Origin: Candidatus Limnocylindrus sp. ZSMar2m-chloro-G89
Lineage (GTDB): Bacteria > Chloroflexota > Limnocylindria > Limnocylindrales > Limnocylindraceae
NCBI GenBank assembly: GCA_003670475.1
Contig: QWRJ01000004.1
Span: 622 to 64,621, forward strand
Length of the DNA: 64,000 nt
Reading direction: 5' to 3'
Shown: positions 25,561-35,135 of the stretch, piece after piece
Position numbering within the stretch: position 1 is the first letter of the stretch
Layout: each line of letters begins with the position of its first letter
Made by a program: the position numbers and the translations under genes
The notes under the pieces: generated by a model
The model's database searches: none
What the model was told of the DNA's origin: nothing
The model's input: the letters and a program-made list of their open reading frames with translations, nothing else

Positions 25561-26655
25561 TTAGGCCTCTTCTCGGCTCGCGCGAGGCGCAGCACCGTCG
25601 CTGCGTGGGATTGCCACCGCGGCGGCACCCTTCACGAACGAGGCCTTGATGGAGGTTACGGCGGCAACCTGCTGCTCCTCTACGGAGAGGATGCCGTGTC
25701 GGCCCAGCGCCGCAAGTTCGTCGCGGATGTAGGTCTGCAACATCTCGGGACCATCCGTGCCAATGGCGTATCGCACCTTCCCTTCACGTAGGCGCGCGAA
25801 GATCTGGCGGAACTCGTCCCAATCGGAAACCACCTGCGTCATCAGGTTGGAGGTTGGGCAGATCTCCAAGACGATCTTCCGCTCGGCAAGGAGCTTCATC
25901 GTCTTCGCGTCCTGCGCCGCCTTCACACCGTGTCCAATTCGATCCGGCTCGAGCTGCTTCACCACCTCAAGCATCTCGCTCACTGGCCCGGATTCGCCGG
26001 TGTGCACGGTGATGCCGAGCCCCGCCTTGCGCGCGGCGCGGAACATCCGCTTGTATTCGGCAACCTTGAAGTTGGCGCTCTCGCGCCCAGCAATGTCGAT
26101 CCCCACGATTCCACGACTCGCCCAAGCGATCGCCTTCTCTACGATGATCTCGTTCTGTCGCAGCGTGAACTCGCGATCAAGGATCAGGATGATCCCAGGC
26201 TTGACCGGGTATTCGAGCGCCGCACGATCGGCGCCACGGATGGCGGCGGCGATGATGTGGTCAAGGTCTTGCTCCCCGTTGCGATTGCGCTTCATCGGAT
26301 TGAAGCGCAGCTCCATGGTGGTGATGTGGTTCTTCCGATACGCGCCTGCAACCACCTCGTACACCGAACGCTCCACGGCGATCGGCGACGATTGAATCAA
26401 CTCCGTCCAGTGGAAGAGGTCAAGGTAGCCGTTGAAGCTGCGCGTCCGCTTTGACCCCGCCGTAATCATCTTGCGGAAGGCCCAGTAATCCTTAGATGGG
26501 AGCCGAATCCCCTGCGCATGGGCGATCCCCCACATGATTGCTGGCGTCACTGAGCCACCAAGGTGGCAGTGCAACTCTGCAAGTGGCGTTGCGGCACTGA
26601 GCGTCCCGAATCCGCGCGGCTTCTCTTCACTCTTCTTGACTGCGCGAGGGCTCAT
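25561..26655 (-). CDS. adenosine-deaminase-family metal-dependent hydrolase
   Basis: ELHCHLGGS is the HxH metal motif of the ADA family. ICPTSN and GTDGP are also present. Its start overlaps the lipA stop (ATGA). Confidence 0.8.
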   Translation of the reverse strand: MSPRAVKKSEEKPRGFGTLSAATPLAELHCHLGGSVTPAIMWGIAHAQGIRLPSKDYWAFRKMITAGSKRTRSFNGYLDLFHWTELIQSSPIAVERSVYEVVAGAYRKNHITTMELRFNPMKRNRNGEQDLDHIIAAAIRGADRAALEYPVKPGIILILDREFTLRQNEIIVEKAIAWASRGIVGIDIAGRESANFKVAEYKRMFRAARKAGLGITVHTGESGPVSEMLEVVKQLEPDRIGHGVKAAQDAKTMKLLAERKIVLEICPTSNLMTQVVSDWDEFRQIFARLREGKVRYAIGTDGPEMLQTYIRDELAALGRHGILSVEEQQVAAVTSIKASFVKGAAAVAIPRSDGAAPRASREEA

Positions 26656-27635
26656 GCGCTCACCCCGCGCGCTTCGGTTGTCTCAGTGGCGTGTGCGGCG
26701 TCGCGGGCGCGGCGACCGCGCAGCGCCGGTGAATCGCTCGGCACCTGGTCACGCGCGTGATACGAGCTGCGCACCAGCGGACCCGACTCAACGTGCTTGA
26801 AACCCATCGCCAACGCCTCCTCGCGCAGTGAGGCGAACTCTTCTGGCGTGTAGTAGCGGACCAGTGGGAGGTGTTCCATCGTTGGGCGTAGGTACTGGCC
26901 AATCGTCAGGATGTCGCAGTCAACTGAGCGCAGGTCGCGGAAGGTGGTGAGGAGTTCGTCGTGCTCCTCGCCGAGTCCCACCATGATCGAACTCTTTGTG
27001 TGCACAGGATTGCCGAGCTCCGCCGCCATCGCCTTAGCGCGTGCGAGCACCTGCAACGAACGGTCGTAACGGGCGCGCTTGCGCACCGGCCTCTGCAGCC
27101 GCTCTACCGTCTCCAGATTGTGATCGAGGATGTCTGGTGAGGCCTCCATCACAAGACGAAGCGGCTCGTCCTTCCCGTCAAAGTCTGGGATCAGCACCTC
27201 AATGCCAGTCCCTGGCGCCAGGCGCCGCAGCTCGCGAATGCTCTCGGCGAAGATGGCGGCGCCACCATCTGGGAGGTCGTCGCGGGCAACGCTCGTGATC
27301 ACCACATGGTCAAGGTCGAGTGAGGCGAGCGCCTCAGCAACGCGTCGCGGCTCATCCTGATCGAGTCCAGCCGGGCGACCCGTCTTCACTGCGCAGAAGC
27401 CACAGGCGCGTGTGCAGGTATCGCCGAGGATCATCACCGTTGCCGTCCCTTGATCCCAGCACTCGCCAATGTTCGGGCAGCGCGCCTCTTCGCAGACGGT
27501 ATTCAGCGTCTTGTCGCGCATCAACCGCTTCAGTTCGCGATAGCGATCTCCGCCAGGCACCTTTGAGCGAATCCAATCGGGGTGGCGGCGCTCTGTTGCC
27601 GGCGCCGGCTGGCCAAAGATCGGCAGCTCGCGCAT
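26652..27635 (-). CDS. lipA: lipoyl synthase (radical SAM)
   Basis: It has the [12 protein letters not shown] auxiliary cluster motif and the radical-SAM [10 protein letters not shown] (CxxxCxxC). Confidence 0.95.
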   Translation of the reverse strand: MRELPIFGQPAPATERRHPDWIRSKVPGGDRYRELKRLMRDKTLNTVCEEARCPNIGECWDQGTATVMILGDTCTRACGFCAVKTGRPAGLDQDEPRRVAEALASLDLDHVVITSVARDDLPDGGAAIFAESIRELRRLAPGTGIEVLIPDFDGKDEPLRLVMEASPDILDHNLETVERLQRPVRKRARYDRSLQVLARAKAMAAELGNPVHTKSSIMVGLGEEHDELLTTFRDLRSVDCDILTIGQYLRPTMEHLPLVRYYTPEEFASLREEALAMGFKHVESGPLVRSSYHARDQVPSDSPALRGRRARDAAHATETTEARGVSA

Positions 27636-29059
27636 CAGAAGTTCACCGAGCGACCAAAGGAGACGAGTGCCGCTTCGCCAACGATCTCTGAGAGCGTTGG
27701 GTGTGGATGCGTGGTGCCACCAACCTGCGCCGCCGTTGCGCCAAGCTCCATCGCCAGGCTCGCCTCAGCGATGAGGTCGGTCACCTTCGGCCCCACCATG
27801 TGCACGCCAAGGATGGCGCCACTCTCCGCGTGGCGAAGCACCTTGCAGAAACCATCGGCGTCGCCGCCAACGTGCGCCTTAGCAATAGCGAGGAATGGAA
27901 CCTGGCCGGCAACGAACGGCACACCGTCTCGCTCCAACTCCTGCGTTGTATAGCCAACGGATGCAACTTCGGGGCGACAGTAGGTTGCACGCGGCTGCTT
28001 CACGTAGTCCATACCGTGCAGCGGTTCGCCAGCGATCGCGTGCGCCGCGATCATCCCCTCATGTGCCGCAACGTGTGCGAGCTGCAGCCCGCCGATGACA
28101 TCTCCCACCGCATACAGGTGTGGCTCCGCCGTCTGCATCTGTGCATCAACCTTGATGAAGCCGCGCTCAGCGATCGCCTTGGTGTTCTCCAGGCCAATCT
28201 CACCACTATTTGGCACGCGGCCGGCGGCAACAACGAGCAGTTCAGCGGCAAGCGAGATCGCTTCGCCGCCTTCCACTGGCTCAATCTGCATCGTGACCCC
28301 ACTCGCAGACTTCGCGAACGAACCCTCCTTGATGCGGTGGGCAACGTGGATTGCAATGCCGCGCTTTGTAAAGGCGCGCGTCAACTCTTTGGAAGCGTCG
28401 CGGTCTTCGAGCGGCACAAGTGCTGGGAGCATCTCGACGATGGTTGTTTCGGCGCCAAGGTCGCGGAAGTAGGAGGCGAACTCACAGCCAACGGCGCCAC
28501 CACCAACCACGATCACGCTGGCCGGCTTGAGCGTCCCCGTGGTGATCTGATCGCTATCAACGATCACGCGTCCATCCGTCTCAAGTCCGGCGATGCGGCG
28601 AACGCTTGAGCCGGTGGCAACCACGATATCGGTTGCGCTGATCGTCTTCTTCTCGCCAGTTGCACTGCCGCTCTCATCGATGAGGGCGACCTGCACCGAG
28701 CCGCCGCCGAGCAGCGTGGCGCGTCCTGCGATGAGCTCAACGTTGTTCTTCTTGAAGAGACTCTTCAGACCCGCGTGCATGCGCGCAACGATCTTGTCGC
28801 GTCGCGCGCCAACAACGGCTGGGTCAACGCCAGTGGCGGGAGAGATCTGAATTCCAAAATCGGACGCCTTCCCAATCTTGGCGAGCAGGTCGCCCGTCTC
28901 GAGCATCGCCTTAGCGGGGATGCAGCCCCAGTGGAGGCAGGTGCCACCAACCTTCGCCTGCTCAACCAGCGCCACACGCTTCCCGAGTTGCGCCGCCCGG
29001 AAGGCGGCGGCGTAGCCGCCCGTTCCGCCGCCGAGTACGAGGAGATCGTGGTCGGCCAT
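27635..29059 (-). CDS. lpd: dihydrolipoyl dehydrogenase
   Basis: [13 protein letters not shown] is the redox-active disulfide. An FAD fold ([12 protein letters not shown]) and a C-terminal HPHPTLSE are present. The ATG sits 6 nt after TAGGAT. Confidence 0.93.
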   Translation of the reverse strand: MADHDLLVLGGGTGGYAAAFRAAQLGKRVALVEQAKVGGTCLHWGCIPAKAMLETGDLLAKIGKASDFGIQISPATGVDPAVVGARRDKIVARMHAGLKSLFKKNNVELIAGRATLLGGGSVQVALIDESGSATGEKKTISATDIVVATGSSVRRIAGLETDGRVIVDSDQITTGTLKPASVIVVGGGAVGCEFASYFRDLGAETTIVEMLPALVPLEDRDASKELTRAFTKRGIAIHVAHRIKEGSFAKSASGVTMQIEPVEGGEAISLAAELLVVAAGRVPNSGEIGLENTKAIAERGFIKVDAQMQTAEPHLYAVGDVIGGLQLAHVAAHEGMIAAHAIAGEPLHGMDYVKQPRATYCRPEVASVGYTTQELERDGVPFVAGQVPFLAIAKAHVGGDADGFCKVLRHAESGAILGVHMVGPKVTDLIAEASLAMELGATAAQVGGTTHPHPTLSEIVGEAALVSFGRSVNF

Positions 29060-29065
29060 GCGTGA

Positions 29066-29071
29066 ATCCTA
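29066..29071 (-). promoter_or_regulatory. candidate -10 box TAGGAT, 6 nt before ATG 29059 (lpd-lipA-ADA operon)
   Basis: The minus strand reads TAGGATtcacgcATG. Confidence 0.45.
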
Positions 29072-29116
29072 CGCCCCACCGCCGACCCTTGCCGCGCGCT
29101 GCTAACCTCCGCCGCG

Positions 29117-29764
29117 ATGGACCTATCGCTCCTCCTTGCCGCCACCCTAGGCGCCTATCTTGCGGGTTCGATCCCGTTCGGCCTCCTTGTGGCGCGCCTC
29201 ACCGGCGGTCCCGACCCGCGATCGATCGGCTCTGGACGCACCGGTGGCACGAACGCGCTGCGAGCGCTCGGTCGCCGTCGCGCCGCCGTCGTCTCCGCGG
29301 GCGACATCCTGAAGGGGACGCTCCCCGTCCTCGCCGTTCACGCCCTCGCCGCAGAGGGGGCAGAGGCTTGGACCAGCACGTGGACGGTGGTGGCCGCACT
29401 CTTTGCCGTGATCGGCGCGACGCGCTCCGTCTGGGTCGGCTTCAAGGGCGGTCGCGGGATCGCAACAGGCTTCGGCACAGCGCTCGCCGTAGCACCGCTC
29501 GCACTCGCCGCCGTCTCCCCCGTCTTCATCATCATTATCTGGCGCACCAGACTCGTTTCGCTCGGATCACTCGTCACAGCGGCGCTCTTTGCGCCAGCAC
29601 TCTTTCTCATCAGCTACGCAACCACTGGAGGGCTAGATGGCGCGCTGATTGCATACGGCCTGGTTGGCCCAGCACTCGTCTGGCTCGCGCACGCAGACAA
29701 CATCGCGCGGCTGCGTAACGGGACAGAACGGACCTTTGATACGGGGATGCTGCAGCGCGACTAG
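29117..29764 (+). CDS. plsY: glycerol-3-phosphate acyltransferase PlsY
   Basis: YLAGSIPFGLLVARL...GSGRTGGTNALRALG is typical of PlsY. The 215-aa product is multi-TM. Confidence 0.9.
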   Translation: MDLSLLLAATLGAYLAGSIPFGLLVARLTGGPDPRSIGSGRTGGTNALRALGRRRAAVVSAGDILKGTLPVLAVHALAAEGAEAWTSTWTVVAALFAVIGATRSVWVGFKGGRGIATGFGTALAVAPLALAAVSPVFIIIIWRTRLVSLGSLVTAALFAPALFLISYATTGGLDGALIAYGLVGPALVWLAHADNIARLRNGTERTFDTGMLQRD

Positions 29765-29776
29765 CGAGGCTCCTAT

Positions 29777-29965
29777 CTAGCGGGAGCGGATCATCCTAAT
29801 TGAGATCAGCAGCGTTGCGCAGATCAGCGCAGCAGGGATGACCGGGAGCTGACGAATCGCAAGTCCGAGCGGCGGGATGAGCGCGCTTAACGCCTGAAGG
29901 GCTAAGACAGCAGCGGCGACCGCGAGCGCTGCGGCGAGAGCGCTAAGTGCAGCTGAGCGCCTCAT
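29777..29965 (-). CDS. small 2-TM membrane protein (62 aa), hypothetical
   Basis: Its start overlaps the upstream gene stop (ATGA). It has two hydrophobic helices. Confidence 0.45.
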   Translation of the reverse strand: MRRSAALSALAAALAVAAAVLALQALSALIPPLGLAIRQLPVIPAALICATLLISIRMIRSR

Positions 29966-30801
29966 ACGGCGAGTGCATCCGCCTCGTCTGGGATCCCAAT
30001 CGGTGCCACGAGCACCTCACCGAGCAGCTTCTGTGCGGCGAGCGACTGATGCGTTGTGAGTGGACGGTGAAAGAGCACACTTACGTCTGCGCCAGGAGCG
30101 CCTCGTCGACGCGCACCACTCTCTGGGTCTAGCCCGATCGGACCGCCAACGGCTAGGCACGGAACCCCAACAGAGCGCGCACGCCGAATCAGATCGATCG
30201 CCGCCAGGAGTGGTACCTGTGGTGATGTGCTTGTTGGCGCACCACCGAGCGCATCAACGAGCACTGCAACCTCTTCAATGCCAGCGCGGAAGTGTGCCGC
30301 CTCGCGCATGTTCGGGATGCGGTAGCGCTCAACGCGCGGTGCTGACTCCAGTCGATCCCACACACCTGCGGCAGAGGCATGCTCTGGTCGCGCCTTTGTG
30401 CCAAAGAGCGCAACGACCAAACGCCGCTCCCCATCAGCGAGGGCAAGCGCCGCCTCTAGTCCATATGCCGCGTCGCGGTCCGATCCTGCCAAGAAGAAGA
30501 TTGGCAACTTGCCAGAAGCGTCGCGCGCATCAGCAATCGCGCGCACGACATCTGCAATCGCAGCGCCACCGCGTGCGGCGATCTCGTCTGGACTCAAACC
30601 AAGTCGCGCCGCCTTCGCGCGAATGCCACGCATTGATGCCGCCGTCACTGGGCGGAGCTGCGCGTTCGTGGACCAGCGACTCTGGAGTGGCGCGATTGCA
30701 GCGGCGATCTGCTCCTGATCTGCGGACGCCGTTGCGGTACGGCGTCGTATCGCCTTCGCCTGCGTTGGGCCACCACTCTTCGCTGGAGGAGTCTTCTTCA
30801 T
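29962..30801 (-). CDS. YjeF_N-like (NAD(P)H-hydrate epimerase fold) protein with divergent active-site loop
   Basis: FFLAGSDRDAAYGLEAALALA aligns to the GPGNNGGDGLVAA region, and VDALGGAPTS to DALFGTG. The ATG sits 6 nt after TATCCT. Confidence 0.55.
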   Translation of the reverse strand: MKKTPPAKSGGPTQAKAIRRRTATASADQEQIAAAIAPLQSRWSTNAQLRPVTAASMRGIRAKAARLGLSPDEIAARGGAAIADVVRAIADARDASGKLPIFFLAGSDRDAAYGLEAALALADGERRLVVALFGTKARPEHASAAGVWDRLESAPRVERYRIPNMREAAHFRAGIEEVAVLVDALGGAPTSTSPQVPLLAAIDLIRRARSVGVPCLAVGGPIGLDPESGARRRGAPGADVSVLFHRPLTTHQSLAAQKLLGEVLVAPIGIPDEADALAV

Positions 30802-30807
30802 CAGATG

Positions 30808-30813
30808 AGGATA
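30808..30813 (-). promoter_or_regulatory. candidate -10 box TATCCT, 6 nt before ATG 30801
   Basis: The minus strand reads TATCCTcatctgATG. Confidence 0.35.
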
Positions 30814-30821
30814 GACGCGAA

Positions 30822-33548
30822 TCAGCCGGTGTTGCGGAGACCAGCCGCAACGCCACTCACGGTGAGTCGAACGAGGTATGCAAGCTCATCGCGCTCCGAC
30901 TCCCCCGTCGCGGCACGTAGTTGCGCCAGGAGGCGCACCTGGATCCGCGAGAGGGCATCAAGGTCTGGGGCGCGTTGCTCAAGTGAACGCTGCAGGTCAG
31001 GCTCCGCGCCGAGGAGGCGCGCAGCGCCAGTGACCCCGAGCAGACCGCGCTCAGCGGCGGCGCGCTCCGCAACGATCAGCTCCCAGACACGCTGCACTGG
31101 AGCGCCACCAGCCACGAGGGCGAGTGCGGCAAACTCCTCTGCAACTGCGGGTGATGACTTTGCAAGGATCATCGCCGCGTTGTCGATCAAGGAACTGAAG
31201 TAGGGCCAACGCTGATACGCCTCCTGCAACGCCTGGCGTCGCTTCGGATCGGCGAGCGCCGCCTCAAGCAGGCCGAGCCCGTACCAACCCGGAAGGTTGA
31301 TGCGCGACTGACTCCAGGCGAAGACCCACGGGATGGCGCGGAGGCTATCAATGCTGGCGCGCTGCGCTCCGCCGACTGGCGTCCCGCCACGCGCGCCGCG
31401 GGCTGCTGGACGCGAGCCGAGGTTCATTCCGCCGAGCTCTGCGATCGGTGTTGCAGCGCGGAAGAACTCTTCGAACCCCTCCTCCTCGCGGACTAGGCGC
31501 AGGTATGCGCCACGCGCCTCACTGGCGAGCGTGCCGACCAGTTCACGATACTTCTGCTCCTCAACCTCCAGCCGCTTTGCGGCGCTCGGCTGCGTAGCGG
31601 TAAACAGCGCTGCAAGGATCTGATCCCCATCACGGTAGGCAATCGTTGGGTCTGCGTAGCGCGACGCGATCACCTCGCCCTGTTCGGTGATCTTGAAGCC
31701 GGCAAGGAGACCGCCCGGGTGCTGTCCAAGGATGGCGCGATGCGTTGGTCCACCACCGCGACCAATAGCGCCACCGCGACCATGGAAGAGCGTGATGCGC
31801 ATCTTGTGCACAGCGGCTGCCCGAACGAGCGCATCTTCGGCCTGATGAAGTGACCAGCCACTAGCGAGATAGCCGCTCTCCTTATTCGTGTCTGAGTATC
31901 CAAGCATCACCTCCAGGTGGTCAGCTCGGGATCTGATCTGCTCCCGCAAACGCTGATCGGCAAGGACCTGATTAAGAATCTCGCCGGCCGAATCGAGCGC
32001 GGCAGATGACTCCATGAGCGGAACAAGGCTGACCAGAGGCGCACCAGGGGCTGCATCCGCTGTGGCGGAGGACGGAATACGCTCGTCACACGCCCATGTA
32101 AAGAGGGCAAGCAGCGTGCGCAGATCCTCAGCTCCCTCAAAGCCGCTGATCACGTAGTTGGTCAACGCCGCTTCACCATGAACCTGCTGGACCTCAGCGG
32201 TGACGCGGATCGTGGCGAGCACTTCGGCAACACTCACCCCTGGAACGAGCTCTACTGCGAGGGCGGCGGTGAGCGCCTCGCCGCTTGAAGTGCTGCTGAT
32301 TCCGTTAAGCACTTCAAGCGCCGCCGCATGCACCGCGCGAGCCTGGCGAACCTCAAGCGCTGCGAAGTGGAAGCCGAACGTCTCAACCTGCCACTGGAAC
32401 TCGAGCAGTTCGCCGTACGCAGAGCGCTGCAGTCGATCGGCGGAGAGTGCTTCACCAAGCTCCTTCAACTCACGCACAAGGTCACTCGGATCTGCGTACG
32501 CCCCTTCACTCCCCTTCTTCTCGCCGTGGATGCGGAGCTGTCGTGTGCGCCAGAGGCGTTCAGCAATTGCGCCAAGCCTGCGCCGATACGCCTCGTTCGG
32601 GAAGCGATCCCTCAGGATGCGCTCAGCGTCGCCGAGATCACGTGCGTCGCGCTGGAGCGCTGCCGCGAGCGAAGCTGGGATCGTATCTTCTGGAACCGTT
32701 GCGGCAATAGAGAGCGTCAGGCGCTGCGCAACAGCTCCAAGGGCTCGCAGTGTGTGGTCTGCTTGAATGCGCGCCGCCTCTCGCGTCGTTACAGCTGTGA
32801 CGTTCGGGTTCCCGTCACGGTCGCCGCCGATCCAGCTCCCCCATCGGATGGTCGGCATCTGATGCGGCGGCCGTGAGCCGCTCTCCCCCTCGGCGGGGTC
32901 GAGTTGCCGGAGCGCCTCGTCAACGCCGCGCAGAAGTCGCGGCGCGAGGCGAAAGATCGTCTCGTCAAAGTGGACCATGGCGGAACGAACTTCGTCGAGC
33001 GGGGTGACGGAGCGCGTACGGATGCTCCCCATGCGCCAGAGGTTCGTCACCTCTTCGCGTAGCCTGCGCACGCAGAGCGCAGCTTCAGCAGGATCAATGG
33101 CGGCCGAGCGCCGATCAAGTAGGACGCGCATCCTGCCGAGGAGCGTGATCAGCGTGCGCCGACGCGCCTCCGTTGGATGCGCGGTGAGCACAGGGTGAAA
33201 ACGAAGACCTGCAACGCTCGATCGAATCTCTTCTGCTGTTGCGCCAGCGGCGGCGGCTGTGCGAACCGCCTCAGCAAAGGAGTCTGACTGGACAGCACTC
33301 GCGCCGCCAGAGGCTGCCGCCTTGGCCACCTGCGCAATCTCAATCGCGCGGCCACGCTCCTCCGCGAGGCTCGCCAAACGGAAGCGCAGCGTCAGCGCTC
33401 GAATAAGGCGCGCCGCATCCTGCCTGCTCGCCCCATCAAGCAGCGTGGGGCTATCGATCATCTTGCGATACGAAGCGGCGAACGCTGCGCCCTCTTGCTC
33501 CACGATCGTGTCGTAGAGGAGCGCGTCAAGGAGCTCTAGGTCTCTCAT
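30822..33548 (-). CDS. ppc: phosphoenolpyruvate carboxylase
   Basis: The motifs VLTAHPTEARRRT, MLGYSDTNKESG and FHGRGGAIGRGGGP are present, with a C-terminal LRNTG. Confidence 0.97.
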   Translation of the reverse strand: MRDLELLDALLYDTIVEQEGAAFAASYRKMIDSPTLLDGASRQDAARLIRALTLRFRLASLAEERGRAIEIAQVAKAAASGGASAVQSDSFAEAVRTAAAAGATAEEIRSSVAGLRFHPVLTAHPTEARRRTLITLLGRMRVLLDRRSAAIDPAEAALCVRRLREEVTNLWRMGSIRTRSVTPLDEVRSAMVHFDETIFRLAPRLLRGVDEALRQLDPAEGESGSRPPHQMPTIRWGSWIGGDRDGNPNVTAVTTREAARIQADHTLRALGAVAQRLTLSIAATVPEDTIPASLAAALQRDARDLGDAERILRDRFPNEAYRRRLGAIAERLWRTRQLRIHGEKKGSEGAYADPSDLVRELKELGEALSADRLQRSAYGELLEFQWQVETFGFHFAALEVRQARAVHAAALEVLNGISSTSSGEALTAALAVELVPGVSVAEVLATIRVTAEVQQVHGEAALTNYVISGFEGAEDLRTLLALFTWACDERIPSSATADAAPGAPLVSLVPLMESSAALDSAGEILNQVLADQRLREQIRSRADHLEVMLGYSDTNKESGYLASGWSLHQAEDALVRAAAVHKMRITLFHGRGGAIGRGGGPTHRAILGQHPGGLLAGFKITEQGEVIASRYADPTIAYRDGDQILAALFTATQPSAAKRLEVEEQKYRELVGTLASEARGAYLRLVREEEGFEEFFRAATPIAELGGMNLGSRPAARGARGGTPVGGAQRASIDSLRAIPWVFAWSQSRINLPGWYGLGLLEAALADPKRRQALQEAYQRWPYFSSLIDNAAMILAKSSPAVAEEFAALALVAGGAPVQRVWELIVAERAAAERGLLGVTGAARLLGAEPDLQRSLEQRAPDLDALSRIQVRLLAQLRAATGESERDELAYLVRLTVSGVAAGLRNTG

Positions 33549-33574
33549 GCGGCCCCCTCTCTCTGCGTACGACG

Positions 33575-34453
33575 CTAGCCTCGGCGAGGGAGTCGATACA
33601 CCTCACCGCGGAGTCGCTCGATCAGCCCCTCCGCCTGCAACTGCTCAATGGTAGCGGTGACAGCCTCAGCGCCGTGCTCGCCGCGCGCGCCACGAAGTTT
33701 CACCCCCGCCGCCCCCGCGTCGCGCAACTCATCGAGGAGCCGGCCACGGAGCCAACGTCGTGTGCTGCTGAATCGCGGCGCAGCCCCAACCTTCCGCGGC
33801 GGCGGGGCTGCAACTCTCCCCGCCGAGTGGCAGACGCTGCGTAGCGGACATGAGGCGCAGTCGGGTGTGCTCGCGCGGCAGTGCGCGTTGGCGAGATCCA
33901 TCGCCGCCTGCGCCCACTGCCCAGCCTCGCGCGCCTTCAGTTCCGCACCAAACAAGTTGGCCGCCGCCTGGAGCGGCTTCGGTGAAAGTTTCGCCTCGCC
34001 CATCACGCGCTGAACAACGCGCGCAATGTTCACATCAACAGGAATCTCGCTGCCGCCAAATGCGATCGCTGCAACCGCCCGCGCCGTATACGGCCCAATA
34101 CCGGGGAGAAGCTGCAGATCTTCATGGGTCGCTGGCAGACCACCAGCGGCATGCGCCGCCTGCGCCGCTCGGTGGAGCGAGAGGGCACGGCGGTTGTAGC
34201 CGAGCCCTCGCCACGCCTCAAGCACCTCCGCCGTCTCAGCCTTTGCGAGTGCGGCGAGCGTTGGAAATTGAGAGAGGAATCGTTCGGCGAGCTGATCAAC
34301 GCGCGAGATCTGCGTCTGCTGCGCCATCACCTCAACGATTAGAACTGAGTAGGGATCGCTCCGCTCGCGAATCTTCAGCGGCCGTGCACTCTTCGCATAC
34401 CAGCGAAGGAGGAGCTGGTTGACGCTCCTGATCTCCTTTGTTGTGAGCGCCAT
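33575..34453 (-). CDS. HhH-GPD base-excision DNA glycosylase, MutY-like
   Basis: It has the helix-hairpin-helix LPGIGPYTARAV and the Fe-S motif CRASTPDCASCPLRSVC (C-x6-C-x2-C-x5-C). Confidence 0.8.
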   Translation of the reverse strand: MALTTKEIRSVNQLLLRWYAKSARPLKIRERSDPYSVLIVEVMAQQTQISRVDQLAERFLSQFPTLAALAKAETAEVLEAWRGLGYNRRALSLHRAAQAAHAAGGLPATHEDLQLLPGIGPYTARAVAAIAFGGSEIPVDVNIARVVQRVMGEAKLSPKPLQAAANLFGAELKAREAGQWAQAAMDLANAHCRASTPDCASCPLRSVCHSAGRVAAPPPRKVGAAPRFSSTRRWLRGRLLDELRDAGAAGVKLRGARGEHGAEAVTATIEQLQAEGLIERLRGEVYRLPRRG

Positions 34454-34470
34454 AGCGCGCCTGGCGACGC

Positions 34471-35109
34471 CTAGCGTCCGCGCGGGAGCGTGGGCGGAAT
34501 TCTGTTCTTCAGTGCAACCTCGCGCAGTGTCCGCGCCAGCTCCGCCTGTTCTAGTGCGTCGGCAAGGGCATTATGGTCGGCGATCAGATCGGTTGGATAA
34601 ACCTGGCGAACGAATCGCTTCACCGTCTTCTTCCAGGTGAGGTTCTCACCACCGTGCAGCGTGTAGTAGACGCTCTTGAGGTCCATCGCCGACATGCCGA
34701 ACGGATTCCGCACGCCGGCTTCTGTGAAGGCCATCGTCAGCCACATCCAGTCGAACGGTGTGTTGAAGCCAACGAAGAGTGGCGCCGACTCTGGCGCAAC
34801 CGCCTCGCAGGTGCTGCGCACCCATTCGGCGAACTTGCGCACTCCTTCAATCCGATCGACTCCACTCTCTTCAAGGTGCCTGCGCGTGAGGTGATGGACG
34901 CGCTCCTCTTTAGGGCCCCACGCCTTTGTTGGATCTGGACGCAGCTCGATGTAGAAGGTGCGCGACGGATCATCCACAAGGCAGGCGCCGATACTGATGA
35001 GGCTCCCCTCGAGCGGCGTCTGGCCGGAGCACTCCACATCAACGCTGAACCAGCACTCCTGTGCGAGGCCAGGTTCAAACGGTGGTGGTGCCGGCTGGTT
35101 CTGCTGCAT
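34471..35109 (-). CDS. DEDDh-type 3'-5' exonuclease domain protein
   Basis: The motifs are FSVDVECSG (DxE), GFNTPFDWMWL and HNALADA (H-x4-D). The ATG sits 6 nt after TAGGCT. Confidence 0.7.
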   Translation of the reverse strand: MQQNQPAPPPFEPGLAQECWFSVDVECSGQTPLEGSLISIGACLVDDPSRTFYIELRPDPTKAWGPKEERVHHLTRRHLEESGVDRIEGVRKFAEWVRSTCEAVAPESAPLFVGFNTPFDWMWLTMAFTEAGVRNPFGMSAMDLKSVYYTLHGGENLTWKKTVKRFVRQVYPTDLIADHNALADALEQAELARTLREVALKNRIPPTLPRGR

Positions 35110-35115
35110 GACTGC

Positions 35116-35121
35116 AGCCTA
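35116..35121 (-). promoter_or_regulatory. candidate -10 box TAGGCT, 6 nt before ATG 35109 (exonuclease)
   Basis: The minus strand reads TAGGCTgcagtcATG. Confidence 0.35.
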
Positions 35122-35135
35122 GAACATGCTGGGCG

